From Pseudomonadales bacterium (lineage in GTDB: Bacteria; Pseudomonadota; Gammaproteobacteria; Pseudomonadales; UBA7434), in contig OZ253667.1 of assembly GCA_965263235.1 (NCBI GenBank), positions 1,026,189 to 1,090,188 of the forward strand: 64,000 nt of DNA, written 5' to 3'. Every line of letters starts with the position of its first letter. The first letter of the stretch is position 1. The position numbers and the translations under genes are program-made. Shown piece after piece: positions 11,179 to 21,107 of this stretch. Below the pieces are notes generated by a model. The model saw only the letters and a list, made by a program, of their open reading frames with translations. It was not told the DNA's origin and did not search any database.

Positions 11179-12366
11179 ATGAAAATTCGAACCCGCAATA
11201 CAGCGGTTGCGGCAGTTATTGAAAAGCTACATGAGAAAGTTTGCTATGAGGGCGGGGCTTATTTTGATGAGGCTCTTGAACTTGGTGTGAAAGGCTCAGA
11301 GCTCTCCTACAGTTTAGCTAGGAAAGTCCAGAATCAGCACCTGATGGTTTCCTTGCCTGTTTCTGTTATGCCTCAAATCGATCACTACAAATTTAGGCTA
11401 TCAAAAGATGGCTCTCTGAACGTTGATTCGATTGACTCTGATGCAACACCACTGCAGTCAGAAATAATGATGCTATCGCTTGAGCTGTTCAACTTGTTGG
11501 GCAAGGTTAGTCAGTTTGGTAAGGACTCCCCTCCAGTGCAGTTGAGTCAATTTCCCGAGTTACTAAATCTTCTGCTTACAGGAGGTAATGGCGCGGATTT
11601 GGCACAGCCGGCTGTCGAGGGGGACGAATCTCTGCGCATTGCGGCTTTCTGGCAGGCCCGGATGTTTTATGAGTTGAATTCTGAAGCGAATCGCAGCTTA
11701 CCTTTGTTAGAGTTTATGAATCACCATCTATTCGCCAATAACTTTAAGTATGACTTTAGGGGGGGTGGTAATCACATCCAATTGCACCATAAAAACCTTA
11801 TTGCAGGGCAAACATTTGCGCGCTATGAAATTATGGACGCGCTGCAGACTTTTGTGGTTTACGGCTTCGTGGATCAGAGTGCTTATTTTCTGCATTCGCA
11901 GAGTTTTGAGATGCCGTTAACGGATGGTCTTACACTTCAGGTTTCTTCACAGGCTGTTTGTAGTCATCAGAGTGATGTGCCTGATTGGAATCCCCCTCCA
12001 AAATTCCAAAACAGTTTCATGTATCGTTCTAAGCTACTGTATGGCTCATCGGGGCCCGTTATGCCCTATGCTATAGTTCCGCCGGGAAATCACATAGAGC
12101 CGTTTAAAGAAGCCACATTGGCCCAATTGGAAGAAATTGAGAGGCATTACGGGCTTGAAAAAGGCGCTATTAATAATGAAGAAGTTTATGATAGGTTTTT
12201 GAGGACCTTATATAGCGAAAACCTGGCATTCTACAAAAAATTGTTGGCAGAGCTGCGAACCATTGATTTCAAGTTGGTTGAGAAAAACTCCATGGTACCA
12301 AGCCAGTTTAAAGTTTTGATGGATAAACAGAGAGGTATATTAAGGGGGTTTGCAAAGTGCTTCTAG
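11179..12366 (+). CDS. Hypothetical protein with a SET-domain-like core (Rubisco-LSMT/SETD-like pattern)
   Basis: LPLLEFMNHHLFANN resembles the NHxxxPN-like block. IAGQTFARYEIMDALQTFVVYGFVDQ follows the pattern GEx(I/F)xxYGxxSNxxLLxxYGFV. There is no signal peptide. Confidence 0.5.
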   Translation: MKIRTRNTAVAAVIEKLHEKVCYEGGAYFDEALELGVKGSELSYSLARKVQNQHLMVSLPVSVMPQIDHYKFRLSKDGSLNVDSIDSDATPLQSEIMMLSLELFNLLGKVSQFGKDSPPVQLSQFPELLNLLLTGGNGADLAQPAVEGDESLRIAAFWQARMFYELNSEANRSLPLLEFMNHHLFANNFKYDFRGGGNHIQLHHKNLIAGQTFARYEIMDALQTFVVYGFVDQSAYFLHSQSFEMPLTDGLTLQVSSQAVCSHQSDVPDWNPPPKFQNSFMYRSKLLYGSSGPVMPYAIVPPGNHIEPFKEATLAQLEEIERHYGLEKGAINNEEVYDRFLRTLYSENLAFYKKLLAELRTIDFKLVEKNSMVPSQFKVLMDKQRGILRGFAKCF

Positions 12367-12412
12367 CCTTTAGTACGTAGCTTCAAAAAAAGGATTCTCT
12401 AAACGATGGGTA

Positions 12413-12997
12413 TTAGTCAAAGGCATGGCTTTTAAACTTGATACCTCCTTTTCGAAGTGAGACGGTATCCTCAAATGTCTGAGTATGGATATAACCCGAT
12501 CGATCGAAGAGCCAGGTACCGTCCATTAGTTTCATATAAGAGCGCAAATGCGCACGTTCAACGGTGTTACCTAGAACCGGAGACCATGCGTCATATGTCC
12601 CTATGCAGTCTATATAAAGTGAATTTCTGCTTAAGACTTTCAATTCGAAAGATTCACAGTCCATACCTTTCATAATATAGTGATTGGCAGAGTAGACAAG
12701 GCGATACCAGCCCCTCTGAGTATATAGTTTTTCAGCGCTAGCCTTAGTGTAAAATGTGCTTAGGTCGTTTGTATTCTCTATTTTTTTAGCTAGTTTCGCG
12801 AAGTGTATAAATTGCTTTGCTGCAGGGTGTTTTCTGGTTGCCTTGTTCATTGCCGTATTTGACCAGTGGTCTGCATTAAAGGTGGCGCATCCGCTAAAAA
12901 TAAAAGCGAAACATAATGATGCAGTTAGCCGAATAAGCGTTCCACTATTATAGTTCGTAAGGGGTCGTGTGTGTGTTTTGAGGTAAAGTTTCTGCAT
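12413..12997 (-). CDS. Putative lipoprotein
   Basis: The N-terminal hydrophobic stretch ends in the lipobox-like FIFSGC. The ORF is 194 aa. Confidence 0.55.
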   Translation of the reverse strand: MQKLYLKTHTRPLTNYNSGTLIRLTASLCFAFIFSGCATFNADHWSNTAMNKATRKHPAAKQFIHFAKLAKKIENTNDLSTFYTKASAEKLYTQRGWYRLVYSANHYIMKGMDCESFELKVLSRNSLYIDCIGTYDAWSPVLGNTVERAHLRSYMKLMDGTWLFDRSGYIHTQTFEDTVSLRKGGIKFKSHAFD

Positions 12998-13216
12998 GGC
13001 CTGGTTCGTGAGTAAAACCTGATTTGTCGTCTATTGAGATGATTGAATTGGCAAGCGAGCAACATACTAGTAAAGAAAGTATATTTCAAGACGGTGGGCT
13101 TGCTGTATACATATTGCGTTGTAAAACAATCTATGCCCTCTTATGTTGCGTTGAGTGTAGCGTCGATGAAGAAGGGCATGAACTAAACGAGTTGTCTAAT
13201 ATTTTGAGTTTATTGC

Positions 13217-14875
13217 ATGTCTCTGGTGAATAAAAAGCTCATAGCTACGGCTAGTCCAAAAAATGCTGAAAAGGCAAGAAAGCGGCTGGATGGTACAAGA
13301 ATTACAATCAGCCTTTTTGCGAAACCGGCGCAGGAAATGACCTGCGCAGAAGCAATTACCTATGCTAATTCACTTTTGGCAGAAGGTGATCCGCATTCAG
13401 CATTGTCGATAGCAGACCAGCTGCTGGAAATTCAGGATCAGATAATCGATATTTACCTATTAAAGGTAAGGGCTTTGCTGGATCTTGAAGCGCTGTATGA
13501 ACTGGACTCTCTTATTGAAGAGTTGCTAGATGTGGCTCCGGACAATATTGGAGTGTTAGTTAACGCATCGCGCTTCTATCTGTTGTTGGGGCGTGTCAAA
13601 GAAGCGTTTTCCGCACTAAAGAAAATCAATGAAATCAGTCCAAATCGAATAGAAACCTTTTCGCAGATGGCGTTGTGCTACAGGTACTCGGGAGCTGGTG
13701 ACAAAGCTATCAAGTTGCTTGAGCGAAGCATCGGCCAGGTTTGGAAGAGAAGGTTTAGTGACGAAGAGCGTAATGCTCAATATCGATCAGTTTTATTTCG
13801 TTATGCTGGATATAAGCACGTTGAAGGAGAGATGCGGCAGGATCTGGAGAACTTCGCGGGTTCTGGTGATGACAGGATTGCTGCTTCGGCTGCCTATGCG
13901 TTGGCTCAGCAAAGCCTGTTTGAGAAAAACATTCAAGATGAACAGCGATATCTTGTAATGGCTAATTTGTCTGAGAATAAATACACAACCCGTGGAGTTG
14001 AGCTCAAACACTATCTTAATGAGTATGAGCGTGTTCGAAAGCTGCATGCTTCTCTCTTTGCTTCTTCACAACCCGAATGGCTTGAGTCTGAGTTTGATAG
14101 TGATTTTAGCCCAATTTATATCTTGGGTTTGCCAAGGAGTGGAACGACTTTAATGGAGCAGATATTGGGAGCTAGCTCAAAAATAGGACAAACGGGAGAG
14201 TCAAAGGGGTTTTCACTCGCTGTCGAAAAAGCTTTTCTAACGCATCAGCCAGCTTTTGTAGGTAGCCCACATCCGGAAGACATCAACCGTCTGCCTATGT
14301 CTGCTTTTCATGAGATCGCACGTTACTATGAGCGACACCAAAGTGTCATGACGAAGAAGTATATGTATATTGATAAGGAGCTGTATAACTTCAACTATGT
14401 TGGGTTGATGGCGGTGCTTTTTCCAAAGGCAAAGTTTATTCACATGAATCGAGCTCCAATGGATATATTCCTGAGTTGCTTTAAAAATAGCATCCCTGGT
14501 GTGCATGCGACTTCTGACCTGGTGCATATGGCTGAATACTATGTTCACATGAAAAAGCTCATAGGGCACTGGAAGACTGTTTTTGAAGATCGTATATTTA
14601 TAATGAACTACCGTGACTTGGTAGAAAGACCCGAAGATAGTACTCAGCAAGTGGTTGATTATTTAGGTATTGGTCTTGAGAACGATATGCTTAAGTTTCA
14701 TGAGCGAAAAAACGTTGTTCGAACGCTTAGTGTGGATCAAGTGCGCCAAAAAATATATACATCTTCTATCGAAAAGTGGCGTAAGTATGAGGTTATGTTG
14801 GCGCCCGCGAGAGCTAGGCTAGAGGAGTTGGGTGTTCCCATAGAAGGGGTTTCGTACATTAACAAAGACAGTTAA
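13217..14875 (+). CDS. TPR-repeat protein fused to a TPST-like (Sulfotransfer_3-type) sulfotransferase
   Basis: The N-terminal ~280 aa has TPR-like helical repeats. The PAPS 5'-phosphosulfate loop is YILGLPRSGTTLMEQILG. The C-terminal block is RTLSVDQVRQKIYTSSIEKWRKY. Confidence 0.85.
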   Translation: MSLVNKKLIATASPKNAEKARKRLDGTRITISLFAKPAQEMTCAEAITYANSLLAEGDPHSALSIADQLLEIQDQIIDIYLLKVRALLDLEALYELDSLIEELLDVAPDNIGVLVNASRFYLLLGRVKEAFSALKKINEISPNRIETFSQMALCYRYSGAGDKAIKLLERSIGQVWKRRFSDEERNAQYRSVLFRYAGYKHVEGEMRQDLENFAGSGDDRIAASAAYALAQQSLFEKNIQDEQRYLVMANLSENKYTTRGVELKHYLNEYERVRKLHASLFASSQPEWLESEFDSDFSPIYILGLPRSGTTLMEQILGASSKIGQTGESKGFSLAVEKAFLTHQPAFVGSPHPEDINRLPMSAFHEIARYYERHQSVMTKKYMYIDKELYNFNYVGLMAVLFPKAKFIHMNRAPMDIFLSCFKNSIPGVHATSDLVHMAEYYVHMKKLIGHWKTVFEDRIFIMNYRDLVERPEDSTQQVVDYLGIGLENDMLKFHERKNVVRTLSVDQVRQKIYTSSIEKWRKYEVMLAPARARLEELGVPIEGVSYINKDS

Positions 14876-14900
14876 GCGGCAAGTTGATTCGGTTTTTTAT

Positions 14901-16400
14901 ATGAGTAGTTCTGGTAACAAGTATGAGCGGGTCGAAGAAGCTATAAATACAGGTAAATATCGACTTGCGCTTAGGATGCTTGTTGCTGTTACAGAAGATG
15001 CGCCCCCAAAAAAGCTCGATCAAACAGGATTGTTATATCGCATTACGATCTATAATCGGCTGCAGTGGCTGCCAGAGGGAATGGAGTTGTTGGAGCACTG
15101 TATCGCGAAAGCAGGCAGTAGCTGTGAATTAAATCTTGAGATAGCGTTATTCTTCATGCTTTTAGGGCGATCATGTGATGCCGAACGCTTCTTTCGATTA
15201 GCTTTAGATGCTGATCCCACTAGCGCACTTATTATTACTGAGTTAGCAATACTTTATGAGCAGCGTGGCGATTCGGATCAGGCATTAAAAATATATAATA
15301 GAGTTTTTTCACGTGGAATTAGGCGTGGACGCGCGGATGCAGTGTTTGCAAGGGCTCTGGCTCGCTTGACTGGGTTGCGTGAGCTAACGGGTGATGAAGA
15401 GAAAGCAGTTCTAAAGTTTATAAAATCGGGGAAAGGAACGTCGCTCGAAACACACTTGTACTTTTCGATGGCAAAACACTATGGCCGTAAGAATAACTTA
15501 GACAAGCAGCTGCAATTTTTGAAGATCGCAAATGACCTTGCTTATGCTGAAGACCGCGCGGGGCCGGGAGAGTATTCGGCTAGCCTGGCCAAGGAGCAGC
15601 TTTTGGCTCTAAAGCGAATGTTCAAGCAGCCGAGACCAGATTGGATGCCTGTAATTAACGCTGGCCAGAATCAGTATCTCTTTGTGCTCGGTATGCCGCG
15701 TAGTGGTACAACATTGATTGAGCAGATACTTGGAGCGCATTCAAGGGTCGGCAATACGGGAGAATCCCGAGCGTTACAGATAGCCTTGTCGAGGTTCTCG
15801 CCAGCTAAGCATGAAGGGAGGGTGGTAAACAGCAAGCTTTTCGAGCATTTCAGGCTGATGAGTGGCAGAGACTTTAATGAGGCCGTAAAATATTACCAAC
15901 AGTATCAACGCTTGCTCTCTGCATCAGAGATTGTCACCGACAAGGAATTGAATTGCGTTAACAGGGTGGGGCTTTTGGCTAATATGTTTCCTAGAGCAAA
16001 GTTTATCGTTATAAAGAGACATCCCCTTGATGTAGCGGCCAGCCTTTTACAGCACTATTTTAAAAATGCGACCTACTCTACTAGGGGGCTTAATTGTGTG
16101 CTTGAGCATGAACACTATTATGCGAAGGTGGATTTTTGGAAGGAGCTCTATTCGGAGAAATTTATAGAGGTCAATTATGAGTCGCTTGTTTCTAAGCCTG
16201 AGGAAAGTATAAGAGCGATGTTGGAAAAAATTGATTTGGATTGGGAGCCGGGGTTGTTAAGGTTTAATGAGAGGACAAACTCGGTGAGGACACCTAGCCT
16301 GAGCCAAGTCCGCTTAGGGTTGAACACAGCGGCAGTAAACAAGTGGAAAAATTTTTCCGAAATGCTTGGCCCGGCTATTGAATATTTAGGTATCAAATAA
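14901..16400 (+). CDS. TPR-repeat protein fused to a TPST-like sulfotransferase (paralog of 13217-14875)
   Basis: It has FVLGMPRSGTTLIEQILG and RTPSLSQVRLGLNTAAVNKWKNF. The architecture matches the upstream gene. Confidence 0.85.
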   Translation: MSSSGNKYERVEEAINTGKYRLALRMLVAVTEDAPPKKLDQTGLLYRITIYNRLQWLPEGMELLEHCIAKAGSSCELNLEIALFFMLLGRSCDAERFFRLALDADPTSALIITELAILYEQRGDSDQALKIYNRVFSRGIRRGRADAVFARALARLTGLRELTGDEEKAVLKFIKSGKGTSLETHLYFSMAKHYGRKNNLDKQLQFLKIANDLAYAEDRAGPGEYSASLAKEQLLALKRMFKQPRPDWMPVINAGQNQYLFVLGMPRSGTTLIEQILGAHSRVGNTGESRALQIALSRFSPAKHEGRVVNSKLFEHFRLMSGRDFNEAVKYYQQYQRLLSASEIVTDKELNCVNRVGLLANMFPRAKFIVIKRHPLDVAASLLQHYFKNATYSTRGLNCVLEHEHYYAKVDFWKELYSEKFIEVNYESLVSKPEESIRAMLEKIDLDWEPGLLRFNERTNSVRTPSLSQVRLGLNTAAVNKWKNFSEMLGPAIEYLGIK

Positions 16401-16402
16401 TT

Positions 16403-17959
16403 ATGTGGTTCCCAGCAAGAATTAAGGAAGTAGATAGTGTTGACATCAATCCAGCACTAGATTTTCTAGCGACCTTGTCTGCAGAAGACTGGGCTGGTGG
16501 AGAGGCACTTAAACAAAAATTGGCGGGTAGCAGACCAACTCAGTCGATATTTCTTTATTCGCTTACCAGGGAGGAGCTTTTTGACACTTTATCGAAGCGG
16601 CCGTTGAGGCAAGAGGATGTGCCCAGGCTTGCGGGTTTTAATAATTATTACCCGAGCTTAGCTTATTTGTTTGATAAGGTGAGGGAACATTATTCAAAGG
16701 ATGGGGTTTTCGTCAGAGCGCAGTTGGCTAAGATGGGGCCTGGCGCCAAGATTGATCCACACCGTGATTCTTTTTTTATACTAGAGAACAGCCACCGCAT
16801 TCATATTCCTCTAGTTACAACAGAGAAGCTTCAGTTTGTCGTCGACGATGAGCTAGTAAGGATGGATGCAGGGAAAATGTATGAGCTCAATAATCAGGTT
16901 ATGCATTGGGTTAATAATCCAAAGGACTCAATCGATAGAATACACTTGATTATTGATTACTTGCCTCCTGAGTATAATGTTCCGCAATCGCTTGCAGCGG
17001 ACTTTAAATTCTACATAAAGAAGCACAGAGCGGGTCGCCCTGTGCGACTACCGATAAAAGATGTTAGTTACCCAGAGTTGTTGGTGTCTGTATCTTGTGG
17101 AGCAATTAACAGATTATATTTATTTGACCTTGATAAAGAGAGTCTGCGGCCGGCTCAGTTGCAGCCGGGTAAAAATAGTACTGAAGTGTTAGATGTTGGG
17201 AAAATACTTTCTCTTAAATGCGTGGACAAAGAATTCGCTGCGCTGCAAAAAGATCAGCTAGTGGTTTTTGATAAGGATCTTAAAATCAAGGGTGTGTATA
17301 AAAACTCTCATTTAAAAGGCGCTTGCTCAATGTTTGTAGACGGGAGGTTTTCTTATGTGGCCTGTTCAGGCTGTGATGGGGTTTTAAGGTTTAATTTTCG
17401 CAAGAAGGTTTTCGATAAAGGGTGGCGACTAACCGTTAATGAAGAGAATGGAGCAGTGTGTATTACGGAGTTTTGCCCAAGCGATACGGATACAAAAAAT
17501 CTGTGTAACCAGTATGGTGTTAACGCGGGGTGGATGGATCGGGACAAATTGGTGGTTGGTTGTGCTAAGTTCGATAAACTTATCCACTATCAGGATGGAA
17601 AGGCTAGAGCGGTGGAACAGCTGCATCTAGGAGCAGAAAATGCACAGCCTTATAACAAAGGTATTCTGTATAGCAGTGCAGATCACCAGCACGTGGTCTA
17701 TTCAGCGAACTATGATTACAGGCAGGTTGATCTGGAGTCCGTGCCAGGGTTAATGATCGCGGCAGAACGTGTAGGTTTGTCTCTTGCCGGGAAGCAAGGT
17801 AGCTGTTTGCTGAGGCATCTAAAAGGCACAACATTGTTTGCAGTTGGTTCGAAAATCTTAGTGCTCGATATGAAAAACCAAGCTGTTGTTAGAGTTTTTG
17901 ATGTTCCTTTGGAGCGCTCATCGAGTATTTCAAGTATGATGGTTTGGTCTGCTCGCTAG
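16403..17959 (+). CDS. Aspartyl/asparaginyl beta-hydroxylase-like domain fused to a ~300-aa unknown C-terminal domain
   Basis: PGAKIDPHRDSF..SHRIHIPLVT..AGKMYELNNQVMHWVNNP..RIHLIIDY fits the HxD...H 2OG-oxygenase pattern of the Asp_Arg_Hydrox family. The start codon is 2 nt after the upstream stop. Confidence 0.8.
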   Translation: MWFPARIKEVDSVDINPALDFLATLSAEDWAGGEALKQKLAGSRPTQSIFLYSLTREELFDTLSKRPLRQEDVPRLAGFNNYYPSLAYLFDKVREHYSKDGVFVRAQLAKMGPGAKIDPHRDSFFILENSHRIHIPLVTTEKLQFVVDDELVRMDAGKMYELNNQVMHWVNNPKDSIDRIHLIIDYLPPEYNVPQSLAADFKFYIKKHRAGRPVRLPIKDVSYPELLVSVSCGAINRLYLFDLDKESLRPAQLQPGKNSTEVLDVGKILSLKCVDKEFAALQKDQLVVFDKDLKIKGVYKNSHLKGACSMFVDGRFSYVACSGCDGVLRFNFRKKVFDKGWRLTVNEENGAVCITEFCPSDTDTKNLCNQYGVNAGWMDRDKLVVGCAKFDKLIHYQDGKARAVEQLHLGAENAQPYNKGILYSSADHQHVVYSANYDYRQVDLESVPGLMIAAERVGLSLAGKQGSCLLRHLKGTTLFAVGSKILVLDMKNQAVVRVFDVPLERSSSISSMMVWSAR

Positions 17960-18025
17960 CTTTTCTGCTGCATAGTGATATTGTGTTTTAGCCGCGGCTA
18001 GTAAATTGGGAGAACAGAGTTTGCC

Positions 18026-18583
18026 ATGAAAGTATTCGGTATAGGTTTCCATAAAACAGGCACAACAAGTTTGGCTCAGGCGCTGCGATCGCTGGGGTAT
18101 TCTGTTACCGGCCCTAACGGTGTTAACGATCCAAATATAGCAAACAATGCATTAGCCATAGCTAACAAGTTGGTTTGGGAATACGACGCCTTTCAAGATA
18201 ATCCCTGGCCGATTCTTTATAAAGAAATGTACCAGCAGTTTCCTGATGCCTATTTTATCGCGACATTTAGAGATCCAGAAAAGTGGATTAATAGTCTTTT
18301 GAGGCACTTCGGCTCTAATAGTACACCTATGCGAAGCTGGATCTATGGTGTGGGTTGCCCAAAGGGAAACGAAGGTATCTATTTGGAGAGATACAAGCGT
18401 CATTATTTAGAGCTTGATAAGTTCTTTAAGGAAAAACAGAAAAGTATATTAAAGATGAACCTTGAGAAAGGGCATGGTTGGGAGAGGCTCTGTACTTATC
18501 TCGGTGTTGAGATACCAGATAAACCCTTTCCACATGCTAATAAGGCGAGTGCAAGAGAGCGTCGTCAACCACATCAGCGCTGA
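18026..18583 (+). CDS. Small sulfotransferase family protein
   Basis: MKVFGIGFHKTGTTSLAQAL is an N-terminal P-loop-like PAPS motif. The ORF is 185 aa. Confidence 0.7.
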   Translation: MKVFGIGFHKTGTTSLAQALRSLGYSVTGPNGVNDPNIANNALAIANKLVWEYDAFQDNPWPILYKEMYQQFPDAYFIATFRDPEKWINSLLRHFGSNSTPMRSWIYGVGCPKGNEGIYLERYKRHYLELDKFFKEKQKSILKMNLEKGHGWERLCTYLGVEIPDKPFPHANKASARERRQPHQR

Positions 18584-18611
18584 TTTGCTTTAGAGTCCCT
18601 GATTGAACAAA

Positions 18612-19415
18612 ATGGCCAAAAAAAAAATTGATCTCATTATCACAGGTATGCCCCGTAGCGGAACTAGTTTCTTATGTTCTAGAGTTAATGAGATGGAGAA
18701 TGCCGTTGTAGTTAATGAGCCGCAAGAGGTGTTTGGTGAGCTGAGAAGAGAAGGAATTGATGGTGTTTCTCGCTTGTTTGCAAGTTATAGGGAACGAATT
18801 ACCACAGGTGTGGCAGTTCCAAATAAAATCAAAGACGGAAAATTTATAGAGGATACGTCGTACGAAGATAGTCGTTCAATGCATGTTCATAAGGTTGATG
18901 ATCACGAGTTTCTATTGGGCATAAAAAATACGCTAGTGTTTATGTCGATTTTAAATCAACTGGTACGTAATAAAGCTGTCGACTATATTATGGCTAGTGT
19001 CAGGCATCCTTTGGATTGTATTGCTTCGTGGCATAAGGTGTCATTCCCGCATTTGAATTCGGCCAAGCCAGAGTTTCTTTCTGATTTTGCAGTGGGTAAG
19101 TTTTCAACCAGGCTTAATAGATTGTTGTCTGAGGATGATCTTTATGTTCGATCAGCAATGCTATGGCAACTTTTAGCTCAAACGTTGCTGGCCGAAAAAA
19201 GTAAAATCCATTTGGTTCGCTATGAGGATATAGTTAGAAGGCCTAATGATGCTTGCAAACATATTAGTAGATATCTTGGTCTGAATGAGCGGGCTCAAGA
19301 CCGCTCTGCTTCTAAGCCTATTCGTAGGCGATCATTATTACCGGGGGATAAGCAAGAGTTGATATATGCCATTTGTAAGAAAGAAGCAGTTCAGCTTGGT
19401 TACAAAAACGGTTAG
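18612..19415 (+). CDS. Sulfotransferase family protein
   Basis: It has the motif IITGMPRSGTSFLCS. The ATG at 18612 is preferred over the TTG at 18603. Confidence 0.7.
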   Translation: MAKKKIDLIITGMPRSGTSFLCSRVNEMENAVVVNEPQEVFGELRREGIDGVSRLFASYRERITTGVAVPNKIKDGKFIEDTSYEDSRSMHVHKVDDHEFLLGIKNTLVFMSILNQLVRNKAVDYIMASVRHPLDCIASWHKVSFPHLNSAKPEFLSDFAVGKFSTRLNRLLSEDDLYVRSAMLWQLLAQTLLAEKSKIHLVRYEDIVRRPNDACKHISRYLGLNERAQDRSASKPIRRRSLLPGDKQELIYAICKKEAVQLGYKNG

Positions 19416-19496
19416 TTAATGTTATTACATAATTATTATGTGGGATAAACTCCGTTCTTTTTTGAGTTGTATTTATTAGTATAAATAGTGCTTAAA

Positions 19497-20039
19497 ATGA
19501 TTATTCAGAAGAATTTTTTGGCCGACAATAAACGTATAGCGTTGAGAGATCATGCAATGCGTTTATATAAAAATGGATTGATGGAAAATAATTACACCCA
19601 GTATCGTTATATTTTGCCGATCTACAATACACCTCATGCGAATGCTATAGTCAAAAGCGTTGAAGCGCCTATCCGGGGTAGGCTGAGAGCGTTTGATGTT
19701 CAACCTGATCCTTTACTTGGTTGGGTTATTTCGCTTATCAAACCTGGGGGAAGAATCCATATGCATCGCGATAATTGCGATCATTATTCAGAGTCAGGTA
19801 GACAGCATTTAAGATGCAACGTAGTTGTTTCTAAAAACCCGGACTCTGGTAATCCAATAGTAGAGGATCAAACCTATGTTTTAAGGGAGGGGGATTTATG
19901 GGCTTTTTTTGCTCACAGCAACGTGCATGGCTGTGAAGTTGTAGACGGTAAAAAGCCCCGAATTATTTATCAATTCGGCTATTCGGTAGCGGTTGATAAA
20001 CTCGAAGATCTTAGTGCCTGTTTTGCTGCTGATTCTTAG
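19497..20039 (+). CDS. 2OG-Fe(II) oxygenase / Asp-beta-hydroxylase-like cupin
   Basis: KPGGRIHMHRDNCDH...LRCNVVV...SNVHGCE is an HxD...H arrangement. The start is uncertain (GTG 19488 or ATG 19497). Confidence 0.6.
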   Translation: MIIQKNFLADNKRIALRDHAMRLYKNGLMENNYTQYRYILPIYNTPHANAIVKSVEAPIRGRLRAFDVQPDPLLGWVISLIKPGGRIHMHRDNCDHYSESGRQHLRCNVVVSKNPDSGNPIVEDQTYVLREGDLWAFFAHSNVHGCEVVDGKKPRIIYQFGYSVAVDKLEDLSACFAADS

Positions 20040-20122
20040 CGGATGTGTTCTTGTCAGTTTATTTTATTTATAAGAGCAAATACTAATTCACAAGTCTTAT
20101 TAGCAGGAAGTTGAGTTTGATA

Positions 20123-20881
20123 ATGAGCGCCCACAAAAATTTAGTCGTCTTGATCTGTCTAGGTGATAAAAATCACAATGTAGACCTGACATTATTATCG
20201 CTGCAGTCTATTCGAAGGGTATCAGGCTTCGACGGTGACGTACTGCTTTTTACAGATTTCGACCGTGACATAGAAAGTTTGAATAAGCTGCAAGTCAAAA
20301 GAGTGGTGGTGCCTGCTGGGGCCATTGAAGATCCAAGAAATTTTAGAATATATATGCATCAGTATTACGACTTTGCGCAGCACGAAACAATACTTTATAT
20401 GGACTTTGATATATTGGTGCTAAAGGGGTTGGCACCGGTGTTTAGAAAGATAGAAAGTAACCATGTATACTTCTGTTACGCTCCTAAGCAGCCTTGGGAC
20501 AACTACGATGCATTTGGTGCAAATGAATACATCGCAAAATATATGAAATCCCCGATAGTAAGTGCTTCTCCCACTGGTATATGCTCTGGTGTTTTTGGAA
20601 TAAAGTCTAGAAAGTTAAAAAGTATGTTAAAGAGTTGGGAGAAAGTTTTAGCGAAAACCCCTTCCAATAATGATCAACACGCTTTTAATAGCCTTTTGGT
20701 TAAGCAGGGATATCCTTGCCGACCACTTCCTAATGAGTGGTTTGAGTACCCTATGCAAAAACCAGACGCTAGAGAGCTGCGTTCGCGGGATCATTTTATT
20801 TTCTATCACTACAACCCTGTTCCCAATCATATGAAGCTTGCCCGTATGTCAGAAGATTTTATCTTGGCCAGTGCTCATTGA
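20123..20881 (+). CDS. Nucleotide-diphospho-sugar (GT8-like) glycosyltransferase
   Basis: ILYMDFDILVLKGLAPVF is a DxD-type block like the GT8 motif YLDaDiivl. The ATG at 20123 sits behind an AGGAAG Shine-Dalgarno-like site. Confidence 0.55.
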   Translation: MSAHKNLVVLICLGDKNHNVDLTLLSLQSIRRVSGFDGDVLLFTDFDRDIESLNKLQVKRVVVPAGAIEDPRNFRIYMHQYYDFAQHETILYMDFDILVLKGLAPVFRKIESNHVYFCYAPKQPWDNYDAFGANEYIAKYMKSPIVSASPTGICSGVFGIKSRKLKSMLKSWEKVLAKTPSNNDQHAFNSLLVKQGYPCRPLPNEWFEYPMQKPDARELRSRDHFIFYHYNPVPNHMKLARMSEDFILASAH

Positions 20882-21107
20882 GCGGGTCGGGCTATTATGA
20901 AAACGGATTTGAGCGTATCGGCTGCATAGCGAGTATAGAAAATTAACCAATAATAATGCCCGCCTTTGATAGGGGCATCGGGGAAAAGAGAGTTTGGCCT
21001 ATTCGGCCAGAGCAATGCTAATTACAAATATTTTCGTACTTATTCATAGCACTATTAGCCCTTTTTGTTTGTGTCTTTTTTGGGTGGGTTTTTAAGTGTC
21101 AATCTAT

